64,000 nucleotides of DNA, taken from Candidatus Hydrogenedentota bacterium. Its GTDB lineage: Bacteria; Hydrogenedentota; Hydrogenedentia; Hydrogenedentales; CAITNO01. Below the pieces are notes generated by a model. That model made no database searches. It was not told where the DNA came from and was given only the letters and a program-made list of their open reading frames with translations. Position numbers and translations under genes: made by a program. The stretch spans positions 64,550-128,549 of the forward strand of contig JAAYBR010000106.1 in assembly GCA_012730045.1 (NCBI GenBank), given 5' to 3'. Positions 38,233 through 48,458 of this stretch are shown piece after piece. Positions within the stretch are counted from its first letter, which is position 1. Every line of letters begins with the position of its first letter.

Positions 38233-38845
38233 CCTGTCCCTGCCGTACCGCCAGTGTCCCGCTGGCCTCGTCTTTCGTCCCAACCGCCGGTCCACCGTGT
38301 GCCCCAAGACAAGGCCGCCGGGACGGCGGCGGTACGGAATTGCCCCCGCCTGCCCGCCCCCGTACCGCCAGCGTCCCGCTGGCCTTGTCTTCTGCCCGCC
38401 TCCGTAGCGCCAGCGTCCCGCTGGCCTTGTCCGGCAAGAGGAAAGGAAACATGGATGCACAGGATTCACAGGATTCTTCCCTTCCCCATCCTGTTTATCC
38501 TGTGCATCCATGTCAAAAAGGCTGCTCTATACAGTGCGCACGGGGCATTCGTGGCGCTGGCACCCCATTGCCTTTGTCTCTCGTTCCGGCCGCCGGTCCA
38601 TCGTGTGCCCAAAGACAAGGCCGCCGGGACGGCGGCGCTACGGAACAGCCCCGCATGCCCGCCCCCGTAGCGCCAGCGTCCCGCTGGCCTTGTCTTCCCC
38701 TCCTGGCCGCCGGTCCATCGTGAGCCCAAAGACGAGGCCGCCGGGACGGCGGCGGTACGAAATTGCCCCCGCATGCCCGCCCCCGCAGCGCCAGCGTCCC
38801 GCTGGCCTTGTCTTCCGTTCCCCGTAGCGCCAGCGTCCCGCTGGC
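38233..38845. repeat. array of long (about 85-110 bp) hairpin-forming tandem repeats (3 full copies plus 3 extra right arms) flanking a unique low-GC core
   Basis: Full units at about 38271-38381, 38577-38686 and 38696-38806 share a prefix CCGCCGGTCCA(T/C)CGTG(T/A)GCCC. Each has a left arm AAGACAAGGCCGCCGGGACGGCGGCG(G/C)TACGG, a loop ...TTGCCCCCGC(A/C)TGCCCGCCCC, and a right arm CGTA(G/C)CGCCAGCGTCCCGCTGGCCTTGTCTT. The arms pair over about 31 nt with a G-U wobble on the + strand. Extra right arms lie at 38233-38265, 38393-38421 and 38811-38843. Confidence 0.8.
38440..38502. promoter_or_regulatory. nested perfect palindrome (candidate operator or protein-binding site) at the centre of the repeat array
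   Basis: [ATGGATGCACAGGAT]t[CACAGGAT]tcttcccttcccc[ATCCTGT]tt[ATCCTGTGCATCCAT]. The outer 15-bp arms form a perfect inverted repeat and the inner 7-8-bp arms repeat the ATCCTGTG half-site. Local GC is low. Confidence 0.45.
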
Positions 38846-38957
38846 CTTGTCTTCGAGCGCAGGCCACGTTGACCGCACCCTCCGGCGTTTGGGATACTCT
38901 CACCGGTCCGGTGTTGGGTGGTCCGACCCGTTCCTTCCCTCATTCCCAGGGCACAGC

Positions 38958-40523
38958 ATGGCCATCCCTTTGACAGACCCCCATCTCCGAATCTTGGACA
39001 GCCTGCGCGCCCTGGGGCGCGCCGTCTCCTTTTCGGAGCGGGAGGGCCTGCCCGCCCCCCGCACGCTGACGCTGCCCCCCCATGACTTCCGCACCATGGG
39101 GCATCCGGGCTTCTGCGCGGACCATGGGCTGGCCTTCCCGCTGTATGCCGGGGCCATGGCCGGGGGCATCTCCTCCGTGGCCCTCGTGGAAAGCATGGCC
39201 CGGGCGGGCATGACCGGATTCTTCGGGTCGGGCGGTCTGCCGCCGGAGGAAATCCGCAGCGCCCTGGCGCGTCTCCGCGACTCGCTCGGGGGCCTGCCGT
39301 TTGGGTGCAATCTCCTGAACAGTCCGGGCAACCGCGCGTGGGAGGCCGCCGTGGTGCGGATTTGCCTGGAGGAGGGGGTCCGGTGCGTGGAGGCCTCCGC
39401 GTACATCACCCCCAGCCCCGAGCTGGTCCTGTACCGGGTGAAGGGGCTGCGCCGTAGACCGGACGGCACCGTGGAGGCCCCGCACCGCGTCATCGCCAAA
39501 CTGTCGCGCACGGAAATCGCCGCGCGTTTCTTTGCGCCGCCGCCGGAAAAGGCCCTGAGAGCGCTGCGGACGGCGGGGGAAATCACGGAAGAGGAGGCGG
39601 CCCTGGCCGCTGAAATCCCCCTGGCCCAGGACATCTCCGCCGAGGCGGACTCCGGCGGCCACACCGACCACCGCGCGGCCCTCTGCCTGCTCCCGTCGCT
39701 GGGGGCGCTGCGCGACGAGATGCAGGCGCGGTATCCCCCCTTCCCGCCCCTGCGGGTCGGGCTGGCGGGCGGCATCGCCACCCCCCACGCCGCCTCTGCG
39801 GCCTTTGCGATGGGGGCCGACTATGTGGTCACGGGCTCCATCAACCAGGCGTGCCGGGAGTCGGGCACCTCCGACACTGTGCGCAGCCTGCTCGCCGGGG
39901 CCGCCCAGACGGATGTCTGCGACGCCCCCGCCGCCGACATGTTTGAACTCGGCGCCAGCGTCCAGGTGCTTAGGCGCGGCACCCGGTTCGCGGAGCGCGC
40001 CGGCCTGCTCCGCACCCTATACATCGCCCACACCTCGCTGGAGGATCTTCCAGCCAAGGACCGGGAGCACCTGGAGCAGGTACTGTTTCGGAAGCCCCTG
40101 GAAACCGTCTGGGCGGAAACGGAGTCCTTCTTCCGCGAGCGAGACCCCGGGCAGGTCGAAAAGGCGCAGAAGAACCCCCGGCACCGCATGGCGTTGGTGT
40201 TTCGCTGGTACCTCGGCATGTCCTCCAAGTTTGCCACCCTCGGAGTGGAGGACCGGACGGAGGACTACCAGGTCTGGTGCGGGCCCGCCATGGGGGCCTT
40301 CAACGACTGGGTGCGAGGATCGTTCATGGAGTCCCCGGACGCCCGCAGCGCCCCGGAAGCCGCCCTGAACATTCTTTTCCACGCGGCGGTCCTCAAGCGG
40401 GCCGCGTTCCTGCGCGCTGCGGGGATCCCGTTCTTTCCCCGGCGGGACGACCTCGCGCCGTTGCCCGCCGATGAAATCAGACGTTTTCTGTCTTCCGACC
40501 AGGAGGTTGCCGGATGTCCCTGA
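38958..40523 (+). CDS. PfaD-family enoyl reductase (FMN-dependent, nitronate-monooxygenase-like; PUFA/polyketide synthase trans-ER type), stand-alone
   Basis: About 521 aa from the ATG at 38958, about 520 aa with PfaD-like blocks (GGISSVALVESMARAGMTGFFGSGGL...; FAMGADYVVTGSINQACRESGTS). The ORF track opens at 38763 inside the repeat region. Confidence 0.65.
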   Translation: MAIPLTDPHLRILDSLRALGRAVSFSEREGLPAPRTLTLPPHDFRTMGHPGFCADHGLAFPLYAGAMAGGISSVALVESMARAGMTGFFGSGGLPPEEIRSALARLRDSLGGLPFGCNLLNSPGNRAWEAAVVRICLEEGVRCVEASAYITPSPELVLYRVKGLRRRPDGTVEAPHRVIAKLSRTEIAARFFAPPPEKALRALRTAGEITEEEAALAAEIPLAQDISAEADSGGHTDHRAALCLLPSLGALRDEMQARYPPFPPLRVGLAGGIATPHAASAAFAMGADYVVTGSINQACRESGTSDTVRSLLAGAAQTDVCDAPAADMFELGASVQVLRRGTRFAERAGLLRTLYIAHTSLEDLPAKDREHLEQVLFRKPLETVWAETESFFRERDPGQVEKAQKNPRHRMALVFRWYLGMSSKFATLGVEDRTEDYQVWCGPAMGAFNDWVRGSFMESPDARSAPEAALNILFHAAVLKRAAFLRAAGIPFFPRRDDLAPLPADEIRRFLSSDQEVAGCP

Positions 40524-41035
40524 AGAAGAAAGCCCTGCTGCTGGCGACGGTCGCGCTGCCCACCCTTGCGCTGGACCATGCCACCAAGTGGGCGGCCATT
40601 GTCTATTTGAAGGAGGGCTATCCCGTCTATTCGTGGCTGGGAGACCTCTTCCGTCTGCAATACGCCGAGAACACGGGGGCCTTTCTCAGTCTGGGCAGCA
40701 CCCTGTCCGACTTCTGGCGCGCCTGGGTCATGATCGGCGTCAATTCCCTCATCCTTCTGGGGGTCCTGTTCTTCTTGCTAATAGCCAGGTTCTCCAACAC
40801 CGTCGCCCCCGCAGCCCTGTCGCTGGTTCTGGCTGGCGGCGTGGGAAACCTCATTGACCGGGTGTTCCGGGACGGACGGGTCGTGGACTTCATGAACATG
40901 GGCGTCTCGGCGGGGGATTTCTCCCTGCGCACCGGCATTTTTAACATCGCAGACCTGGCGATTGTCGCGGGGGTGGTCCTGCTGGTGGCGTCCGAGGTCC
41001 TCCCGGCAAGACGAACGGAAGCAAAGGGGAAGTAG
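40514..41035 (+). CDS. lspA: lipoprotein signal peptidase (signal peptidase II)
   Basis: 173 aa with 4 TM helices and the conserved LspA motifs (NTGAAFS-like YAENTGAFLSLG; FNIADLAIVAGV). It overlaps the PfaD-like gene end by 10 nt. Confidence 0.85.
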   Translation: MSLKKKALLLATVALPTLALDHATKWAAIVYLKEGYPVYSWLGDLFRLQYAENTGAFLSLGSTLSDFWRAWVMIGVNSLILLGVLFFLLIARFSNTVAPAALSLVLAGGVGNLIDRVFRDGRVVDFMNMGVSAGDFSLRTGIFNIADLAIVAGVVLLVASEVLPARRTEAKGK

Positions 41036-41244
41036 ACGGGATGCGGAGAACCTGAGGCGTTCCGACAAGAGATTGCCGCGTCGGCCGGGGCGGCCGACTC
41101 GCAATGACCGCGAAAAGCTCGTCATTGCAGTGACCGCGGAAATGCACGTCATTGCGAAGGCGCGCAGCGCCTGAAGCAATCTCGTGCCCGCAGTGACGAC
41201 GGCCCACTCCCTTCCTGCCCGGAAATGAAGGCCCGCGCAAATGG

Positions 41245-41273
41245 TTGCCAAAGGTCCCGCGATCCTTTACAAT
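41245..41273 (+). promoter_or_regulatory. sigma-70-like promoter TTGCCA-N17-TACAAT upstream of the deacetylase gene
   Basis: TTGCCA at 41245-41250, a 17-nt spacer, TACAAT at 41268-41273, about 35 nt before the ATG at 41309. Confidence 0.45.
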
Positions 41274-41308
41274 GCAGGGGCTTTGGCCCCGTACCGGAAG
41301 TTACACCC

Positions 41309-42220
<912 letters not shown>

Positions 42221-42298
42221 CCAGGCACCCGGGGGCCGCGCCGGCCGCCGGTCAGCCTTCACAAACACCGCACACGGGTTTAGGGAGCCGGAAGCACC

Positions 42299-44035
42299 AT
42301 GGAAGACCAGAGCCAGAAAGTGAACCTGTCCGTAAACACCCGCATCGAGCGCGACCGCAAGCTGATCAACGAGGCGCGCGAACGGGGCCGGTGGCCCCTG
42401 TTCGGCGTGTTTGTGCGCCTGTCCGGACCCGGGTGGCTGCAGAGCGCCATCACGCTGGGCGGCGGCACCCTCTCCAACAGCCTCTACCTTGCAGTCCTGA
42501 CCGGATTCATCTTCCTGTGGCTGCAGCCCGTGGCGATGGTGTTCGGCATCGTCATGCTCAGCGCCATTTCCTATGTGACCCTCTCCACCGGCGAGCGCCC
42601 CCTGCGGGTGATCAACACCCACATCAACCCCGTTCTCGGCTGGAGCTGGCTCCTGGCGTCCATGGCGGCTAACCTCGTCTGGTCCATGCCGCAGTTCGCC
42701 CTCGGCCTGGCCTCCCTCACCAAGATGCTCTTCCCGGGAATCCTGGGCATTGAGGGGCCGCTGGGGCCCAACGGGAAGATTGTGGCCGCCCTGTGCATTC
42801 TGGCCATCAACATTCTTTTCCTCACCCTGTACTCCTCCGGCGGCAAGGGCATGGTCATTTTCGAAACCCTCATCAAGTGCATGGTCGGCATGACGGTCCT
42901 GTGCTTCATCGGCGTCGTCATCGTCATCACCAAGAACGGGCTGGCGGACTGGCGCGACTACATGGGCGGGTTCATCCCCCGGTTCAACATGATGTTCGAG
43001 CCCGCGCCCAAACTCCAGCCGTTCCTGGCGGCGGTGCCCGACGCGTTCAGGCCGTTCTGGGAGGCGAAGATACTGGGGGACCAGCGGGACTTCATCATCT
43101 CCGCCTTCGCCACCGCCGTCGGCATCAACATGACCTTCATGTTCCCCTACTCCATGATGCGCAAGGGCTGGGACCGCGACTTCCGCGGACTCGCCATCTT
43201 TGACCTGTCCACCGGCCTGTTCATCCCGTTCCTCATCGCCACCTCCTGCGTGGTCATCGCCGCGGGCACCCAGCTGCACGCCAAGCCCCAGCCGGGGCTC
43301 GTGGACCGGATGGACGCCCAGGGCAACCCCATCAAAGTGGAGCAAAGCCTGCTGACGGGGTACAACGGCCTGCTGGGGGAGAGGCTCAAGACGGAGATGG
43401 GCGCGGAGAGCTTCGCCGCGCTCACACCGGCGGACCTGGAGGCGAGGATCACAGCCCTGCCCGTGCCCGAGCGCACCATGGCCGCCATGCTCGTGCGCCG
43501 CGACGCCCCGCAGCTGGCCGCGTCGTTGGAGCCCCTCACCGGCACGACCATCGCCCGGTTTGTTTTCGGGCTCGGCATCCTGGGCATGGGACTCTCCGCC
43601 GCCACCATGCTCATGATCATCAACAGCCTCTGTTTCTGCGAACTCCTCAACCGGCCCGCGAAGGGATGGCCCCAGTTCGTGGGCGGCGCCATGACGTCCA
43701 TTTCCCTCTTCGTCATGCTCACCTGGGACGGCGCCCTGATGGCCGTCGCCACGCCCACCTCGGTGTTCTGCATGACCCTGCTCCCGCTCGCCTACCTCTC
43801 GTTCTTCATGCTCATGAACCAGAAGTCGGTTCTGAAGGACGCCATGCCGCGGGGCGCAAAGCGCGTCCTGTGGAACTCCCTGATGATCGTGGCCCTGTTC
43901 TGCTCGTTCTTCGGCGGGCTCTGGGGCATTTACGGCAAGGCCGGGGCCTTCTGGACCGTGTGCGTCGTGGTGGCCTTCACCCTCCTCGTTGCGGCGGGGC
44001 ACGTCTACCGGAAAAAGCACCAGCCGGCCGCATAG
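42299..44035 (+). CDS. NRAMP-superfamily-like polytopic transporter with non-canonical metal-site motifs
   Basis: 578 aa with about 11-12 TM helices. The TM1 region is SGPGWLQSAITLGGGTLSNSLY (compare NRAMP GPGFL...DPGN). The TM6 region is AVGINMTFMFPYS (compare MPH). This suggests an NRAMP-related fold in which the canonical D/N/H metal ligands are replaced. Confidence 0.5.
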   Translation: MEDQSQKVNLSVNTRIERDRKLINEARERGRWPLFGVFVRLSGPGWLQSAITLGGGTLSNSLYLAVLTGFIFLWLQPVAMVFGIVMLSAISYVTLSTGERPLRVINTHINPVLGWSWLLASMAANLVWSMPQFALGLASLTKMLFPGILGIEGPLGPNGKIVAALCILAINILFLTLYSSGGKGMVIFETLIKCMVGMTVLCFIGVVIVITKNGLADWRDYMGGFIPRFNMMFEPAPKLQPFLAAVPDAFRPFWEAKILGDQRDFIISAFATAVGINMTFMFPYSMMRKGWDRDFRGLAIFDLSTGLFIPFLIATSCVVIAAGTQLHAKPQPGLVDRMDAQGNPIKVEQSLLTGYNGLLGERLKTEMGAESFAALTPADLEARITALPVPERTMAAMLVRRDAPQLAASLEPLTGTTIARFVFGLGILGMGLSAATMLMIINSLCFCELLNRPAKGWPQFVGGAMTSISLFVMLTWDGALMAVATPTSVFCMTLLPLAYLSFFMLMNQKSVLKDAMPRGAKRVLWNSLMIVALFCSFFGGLWGIYGKAGAFWTVCVVVAFTLLVAAGHVYRKKHQPAA

Positions 44036-44053
44036 ACAGGGCCCGCCCAGGGG

Positions 44054-45871
44054 TCATTTTTCCCGGCTGAGCAGGCAGAGCGCCTCGTCCGCGCGCACGT
44101 TGGGCCAGATGCGGACGGGGCCGTCGCCGCTCAGGCAGATTTCGCGCTCGATGCGGATGCCCAGGTCGCGGCAGAAGACGTGGAAGTCTTGGATCGTCAG
44201 CACATGCCGGTTCGGCGTGTCGTACCACTGGTAGGGCAGGTGCGGCGTCACGGGGGCCTGTCCCCGGAAGAAGGTCTTCAGCCGGACGCTCCAGTGCCCA
44301 AAGTTGGGGAAGCTGACGATGCACCTGCGCCCCACGCGCAGCAGCTCCTTCAGCGCCTTCTCCGGATGCTCCAGCACCTGGAGGGTCATGCTGAGGATGA
44401 CGTAGTCAAACGACCCGTCCGGAAGCCCCGACAGGTCCTTCTGAACATCCGCCTGAATCACCGTGATGCCGCTCTCCACGCACCGCACCGCCTGCTCCTC
44501 GTCCAGCTCGATGCCAAAGGCCCGCACCTGCTTCTTCCGCATCAACTGGCAAAGCAGCTGCCCGGACGCGCACCCAATGTCCAGCACCCGGCTCCCCGGG
44601 TCCACCAGGTCCACGATCATGTCGTAGTCCACGCGGTGCTGAGGGTCGTACAGGCGCACCCCCGGAGTCTCCGCCACCGGGTCCTCCCGGTGCTGGGAAC
44701 AGGGGCGGTGGCAGGTCTCGCAGTCCCGGTCCGGATACTGCACCCCGTCCAGAAACCCCGAAATCAGCCGCGACAGGGTTTCCACCTCCAGCAGGAAGGC
44801 GTCATGCCCGTAGTCGCTCTGGATGTTGCAGTAGGAGACATCCCGGCCCGCCCTGGCCAGGGAAAAAACCATCTCCCGGGACTGATGCGGCGAAAACAGC
44901 CAGTCTGAGGTGAAGGACACCACCATCACCCGGCCCTGCACGCGCGCCAAGGACGCGTCCAAAGAGGGAAACCCCTCCGACGCGTCGAAGTAGTCAATCG
45001 CCCGGGTGGTGTAGAGGTAGGTGTTGGCGTCAAACCGGTTTACGAAAGCCTTTCCCTTGTACCCGAGATAGGTCTCCACATTGAACTCATGGTCCAGGCT
45101 GAAGGCCGGCCCCTCCGCGTTCCGGAAGGTCCGCCCGAACTTCTGGTTCATCGAGACCTCGGACAGGTAGGTGATGTGGGCCATCATGCGGGCGATGGCC
45201 AGACCCCGGCGCGGGCCGGGGGTTTCGTAGTAGTCCCCGCCGAGAAAGTCCGGGTCCGCCTGGATCGCCGTCCGGCCGACCGCGTCAAACGCGATCTGCT
45301 GCGCGCCGGCCACATGGGTGGTCGCAATCAGCACCGCGCTCCGGCACACCTCGGGGTATTCGGCGGCCCAGGCCAGGGCCTGCATCCCGCCCAGGGAACC
45401 GCCCACCACGGCCAGCAGCGACTCCAGACCCAGGTGGCGCACCAGTTCCCGCTGAACCCGCACCATGTCGGACACCGTGACGACGGGGAAGGACAGGCCG
45501 TAGGGTCTCCCCGTGGCGGGGTTGACGCTCTCCGGACCGGTCGTCCCCTTGCAGCCCCCGAGGATGTTGGAGCAGATGACAAAATACCTGTCCGTGTCAA
45601 TGCCCTTGCCGGGCCCCACCATGTTATCCCACCAGCCCGGCTTGTCATCGTCGGGCGAATGATATCCGGCGACGTGCGCGTCCCCGGAGAGGGCATGGCA
45701 CACCAGCACCGCGTTGTCCCGGCGCGCGTTGAGGGTTCCATAGGTCTCGTAGGCCACGGTGACGGCCTCCAGGACCGCCCCCCCGTCCAGGGAAATCCCG
45801 TCCGGGGGGGAATAGTCGAAGAACCGCGTCTCCACCAGGCCGACGCTCTTTTCCCGCTCGAAATCCTGCAT
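44054..45871 (-). CDS. metXW: homoserine O-acetyltransferase MetX fused to MetW (methionine biosynthesis methyltransferase-like protein)
   Basis: 605 aa. The N-terminal about 380 aa is the MetX alpha/beta hydrolase (VVGGSLGGMQALAWA nucleophile elbow). The C-terminal about 200 aa is MetW-like with SAM-MTase motif I (VLDIGCASGQLL). Confidence 0.85.
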   Translation of the reverse strand: MQDFEREKSVGLVETRFFDYSPPDGISLDGGAVLEAVTVAYETYGTLNARRDNAVLVCHALSGDAHVAGYHSPDDDKPGWWDNMVGPGKGIDTDRYFVICSNILGGCKGTTGPESVNPATGRPYGLSFPVVTVSDMVRVQRELVRHLGLESLLAVVGGSLGGMQALAWAAEYPEVCRSAVLIATTHVAGAQQIAFDAVGRTAIQADPDFLGGDYYETPGPRRGLAIARMMAHITYLSEVSMNQKFGRTFRNAEGPAFSLDHEFNVETYLGYKGKAFVNRFDANTYLYTTRAIDYFDASEGFPSLDASLARVQGRVMVVSFTSDWLFSPHQSREMVFSLARAGRDVSYCNIQSDYGHDAFLLEVETLSRLISGFLDGVQYPDRDCETCHRPCSQHREDPVAETPGVRLYDPQHRVDYDMIVDLVDPGSRVLDIGCASGQLLCQLMRKKQVRAFGIELDEEQAVRCVESGITVIQADVQKDLSGLPDGSFDYVILSMTLQVLEHPEKALKELLRVGRRCIVSFPNFGHWSVRLKTFFRGQAPVTPHLPYQWYDTPNRHVLTIQDFHVFCRDLGIRIEREICLSGDGPVRIWPNVRADEALCLLSREK

Positions 45872-45990
45872 CCTGAACCGCTTCCATGGGGCCGTCTAAC
45901 GGAGAACCGCGGCGTTCCGGACATCCCGGCGAACTGCCGCGGTTCAACAGCGCGCGCCGCACGGCGCGGCGCGCCCGCATATCATACCAC

Positions 45991-47322
<1,332 letters not shown>

Positions 47323-48252
47323 TTATGCCTGGAACAGGGGGGTGGAGAGGTACCGCTCTCCACTGTCCGGAAGTATCACGACAATCGTCTTGCCCGCGTA
47401 GGCCTCCTGAAACGCCAGCCGGAGCGCCGCCGTCGCCGCCGCGCCGCAACTGATCCCGCAGATGATGCCCTCCTCCTTCGCCAGACGCCGCGCCGTGTCG
47501 AAGGCCTCCTCGTCCGTCACATGCTCGATCCGGTCCAGCAGCGACAGGTCGAGCACCTTCGGGATGAAGCCGGCGCCTATGCCCTGAATCTTGTGCTTGC
47601 CCGGCGCGCCCCCCGCCAAAACGGGCGAGGTGGCGGGCTCCACGGCCACCGTCTGCACGTTGAGCCCCTTGTCCCCCTTGAGAAAACGGCTGATCCCCGT
47701 GATCGTCCCCCCCGTGCCCACTCCCGCCACCAGAACGTCCACCTTGCCGTCCGTGTCCTCGAAGATTTCCGGACCTGTCGTCAGCTGGTGAATCTCGGGG
47801 TTGGCCGGGTTGTTGAACTGCTGGGGCAGGAAATAGTCCGGGTTTTCCGCCGCCAACCGCTCCGCCTCCGCGATGGCCCCGGGCATGCCGAGAGCCCCCG
47901 GGGTCAGGATCAGCTCCGCGCCGAAGGCTTTCAGCATCGCGCGGCGCTCCAGGCTCATGGTCTCGGGCATGGTCAGGATCAGGTTGTATCCCCGCGCCGC
48001 CGCCACATAGGCCAGCGCAATCCCCGTGTTGCCGGAGGTCGGCTCAATGATCGTCCCCCCCGGTTTCAGCACGCCCCGCTTTTCGGCGTCCCAGACCATG
48101 TTTGCCCCAATGCGGCACTTCACAGAGTAGGCGGGGTTTCTTCCCTCCACCTTTGCCAGCACATGCGCCGCCTTGATCCCCTTGGTCACGTTGTTCAGAC
48201 GGACAAGGGGGGTCTTCCCGATGGTGAAACTGTTGTCGCCGTAAATCTTCAT
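47323..48252 (-). CDS. cysK: cysteine synthase A (O-acetylserine sulfhydrylase)
   Basis: About 310 aa ([22 protein letters not shown]...; PLP Lys in SVKCRIG; GTGGT loop). An AAGGAG RBS lies before the ATG at 48250-48252. Confidence 0.9.
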   Translation of the reverse strand: MKIYGDNSFTIGKTPLVRLNNVTKGIKAAHVLAKVEGRNPAYSVKCRIGANMVWDAEKRGVLKPGGTIIEPTSGNTGIALAYVAAARGYNLILTMPETMSLERRAMLKAFGAELILTPGALGMPGAIAEAERLAAENPDYFLPQQFNNPANPEIHQLTTGPEIFEDTDGKVDVLVAGVGTGGTITGISRFLKGDKGLNVQTVAVEPATSPVLAGGAPGKHKIQGIGAGFIPKVLDLSLLDRIEHVTDEEAFDTARRLAKEEGIICGISCGAAATAALRLAFQEAYAGKTIVVILPDSGERYLSTPLFQA

Positions 48253-48322
48253 GTGCGATTCTCCTTCTCGGTACATGTGTTGTCTGCCTGTGAAACGATC
48301 CTAACCGCCAAATAATTCCTTA

Positions 48323-48351
48323 CTTGGTAATCATTATAAGGTATCGGCGGT
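48323..48351 (-). promoter_or_regulatory. near-consensus sigma-70 promoter (TTGACA-N17/18-TATAAT) driving cysK
   Basis: Minus-strand sequence CTTGACAacggcaccgccgataccTTATAATga lies about 70 nt upstream of the cysK ATG, in a locally AT-rich patch. Confidence 0.55.
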
Positions 48352-48458
48352 GCCGTTGTCAAGCCCCGGCTCCCGACTCCGGCTTGCACTGAACGGCCTG
48401 TCCGCGCATAATGGCGTTTTCGTGCAGGGTTCACAAGCAAAGACAAGGAGCCGCCCCC

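Noticed and set aside
38026-38943. Seven overlapping ORFs on both strands encoding repetitive RPAGRWRYGGG-type peptides
   Set aside because: They are generated by the tandem hairpin repeats (38233-38845). They read through on both strands, have no RBS logic, and merely extend the MoxR and PfaD frames. They are treated as repeat artefacts, except for the separately noted RBS-preceded ATG at 38441.
45872-45990. Possible SAM riboswitch between metY and metXW, or upstream of cysK (48253-48322)
   Set aside because: Only simple GC-rich hairpins (GAACCGCGGC...GCCGCGGTTC; GCGCGCCGC...GCGGCGCGC) are present, with no S-box or SAM-II conserved cores.
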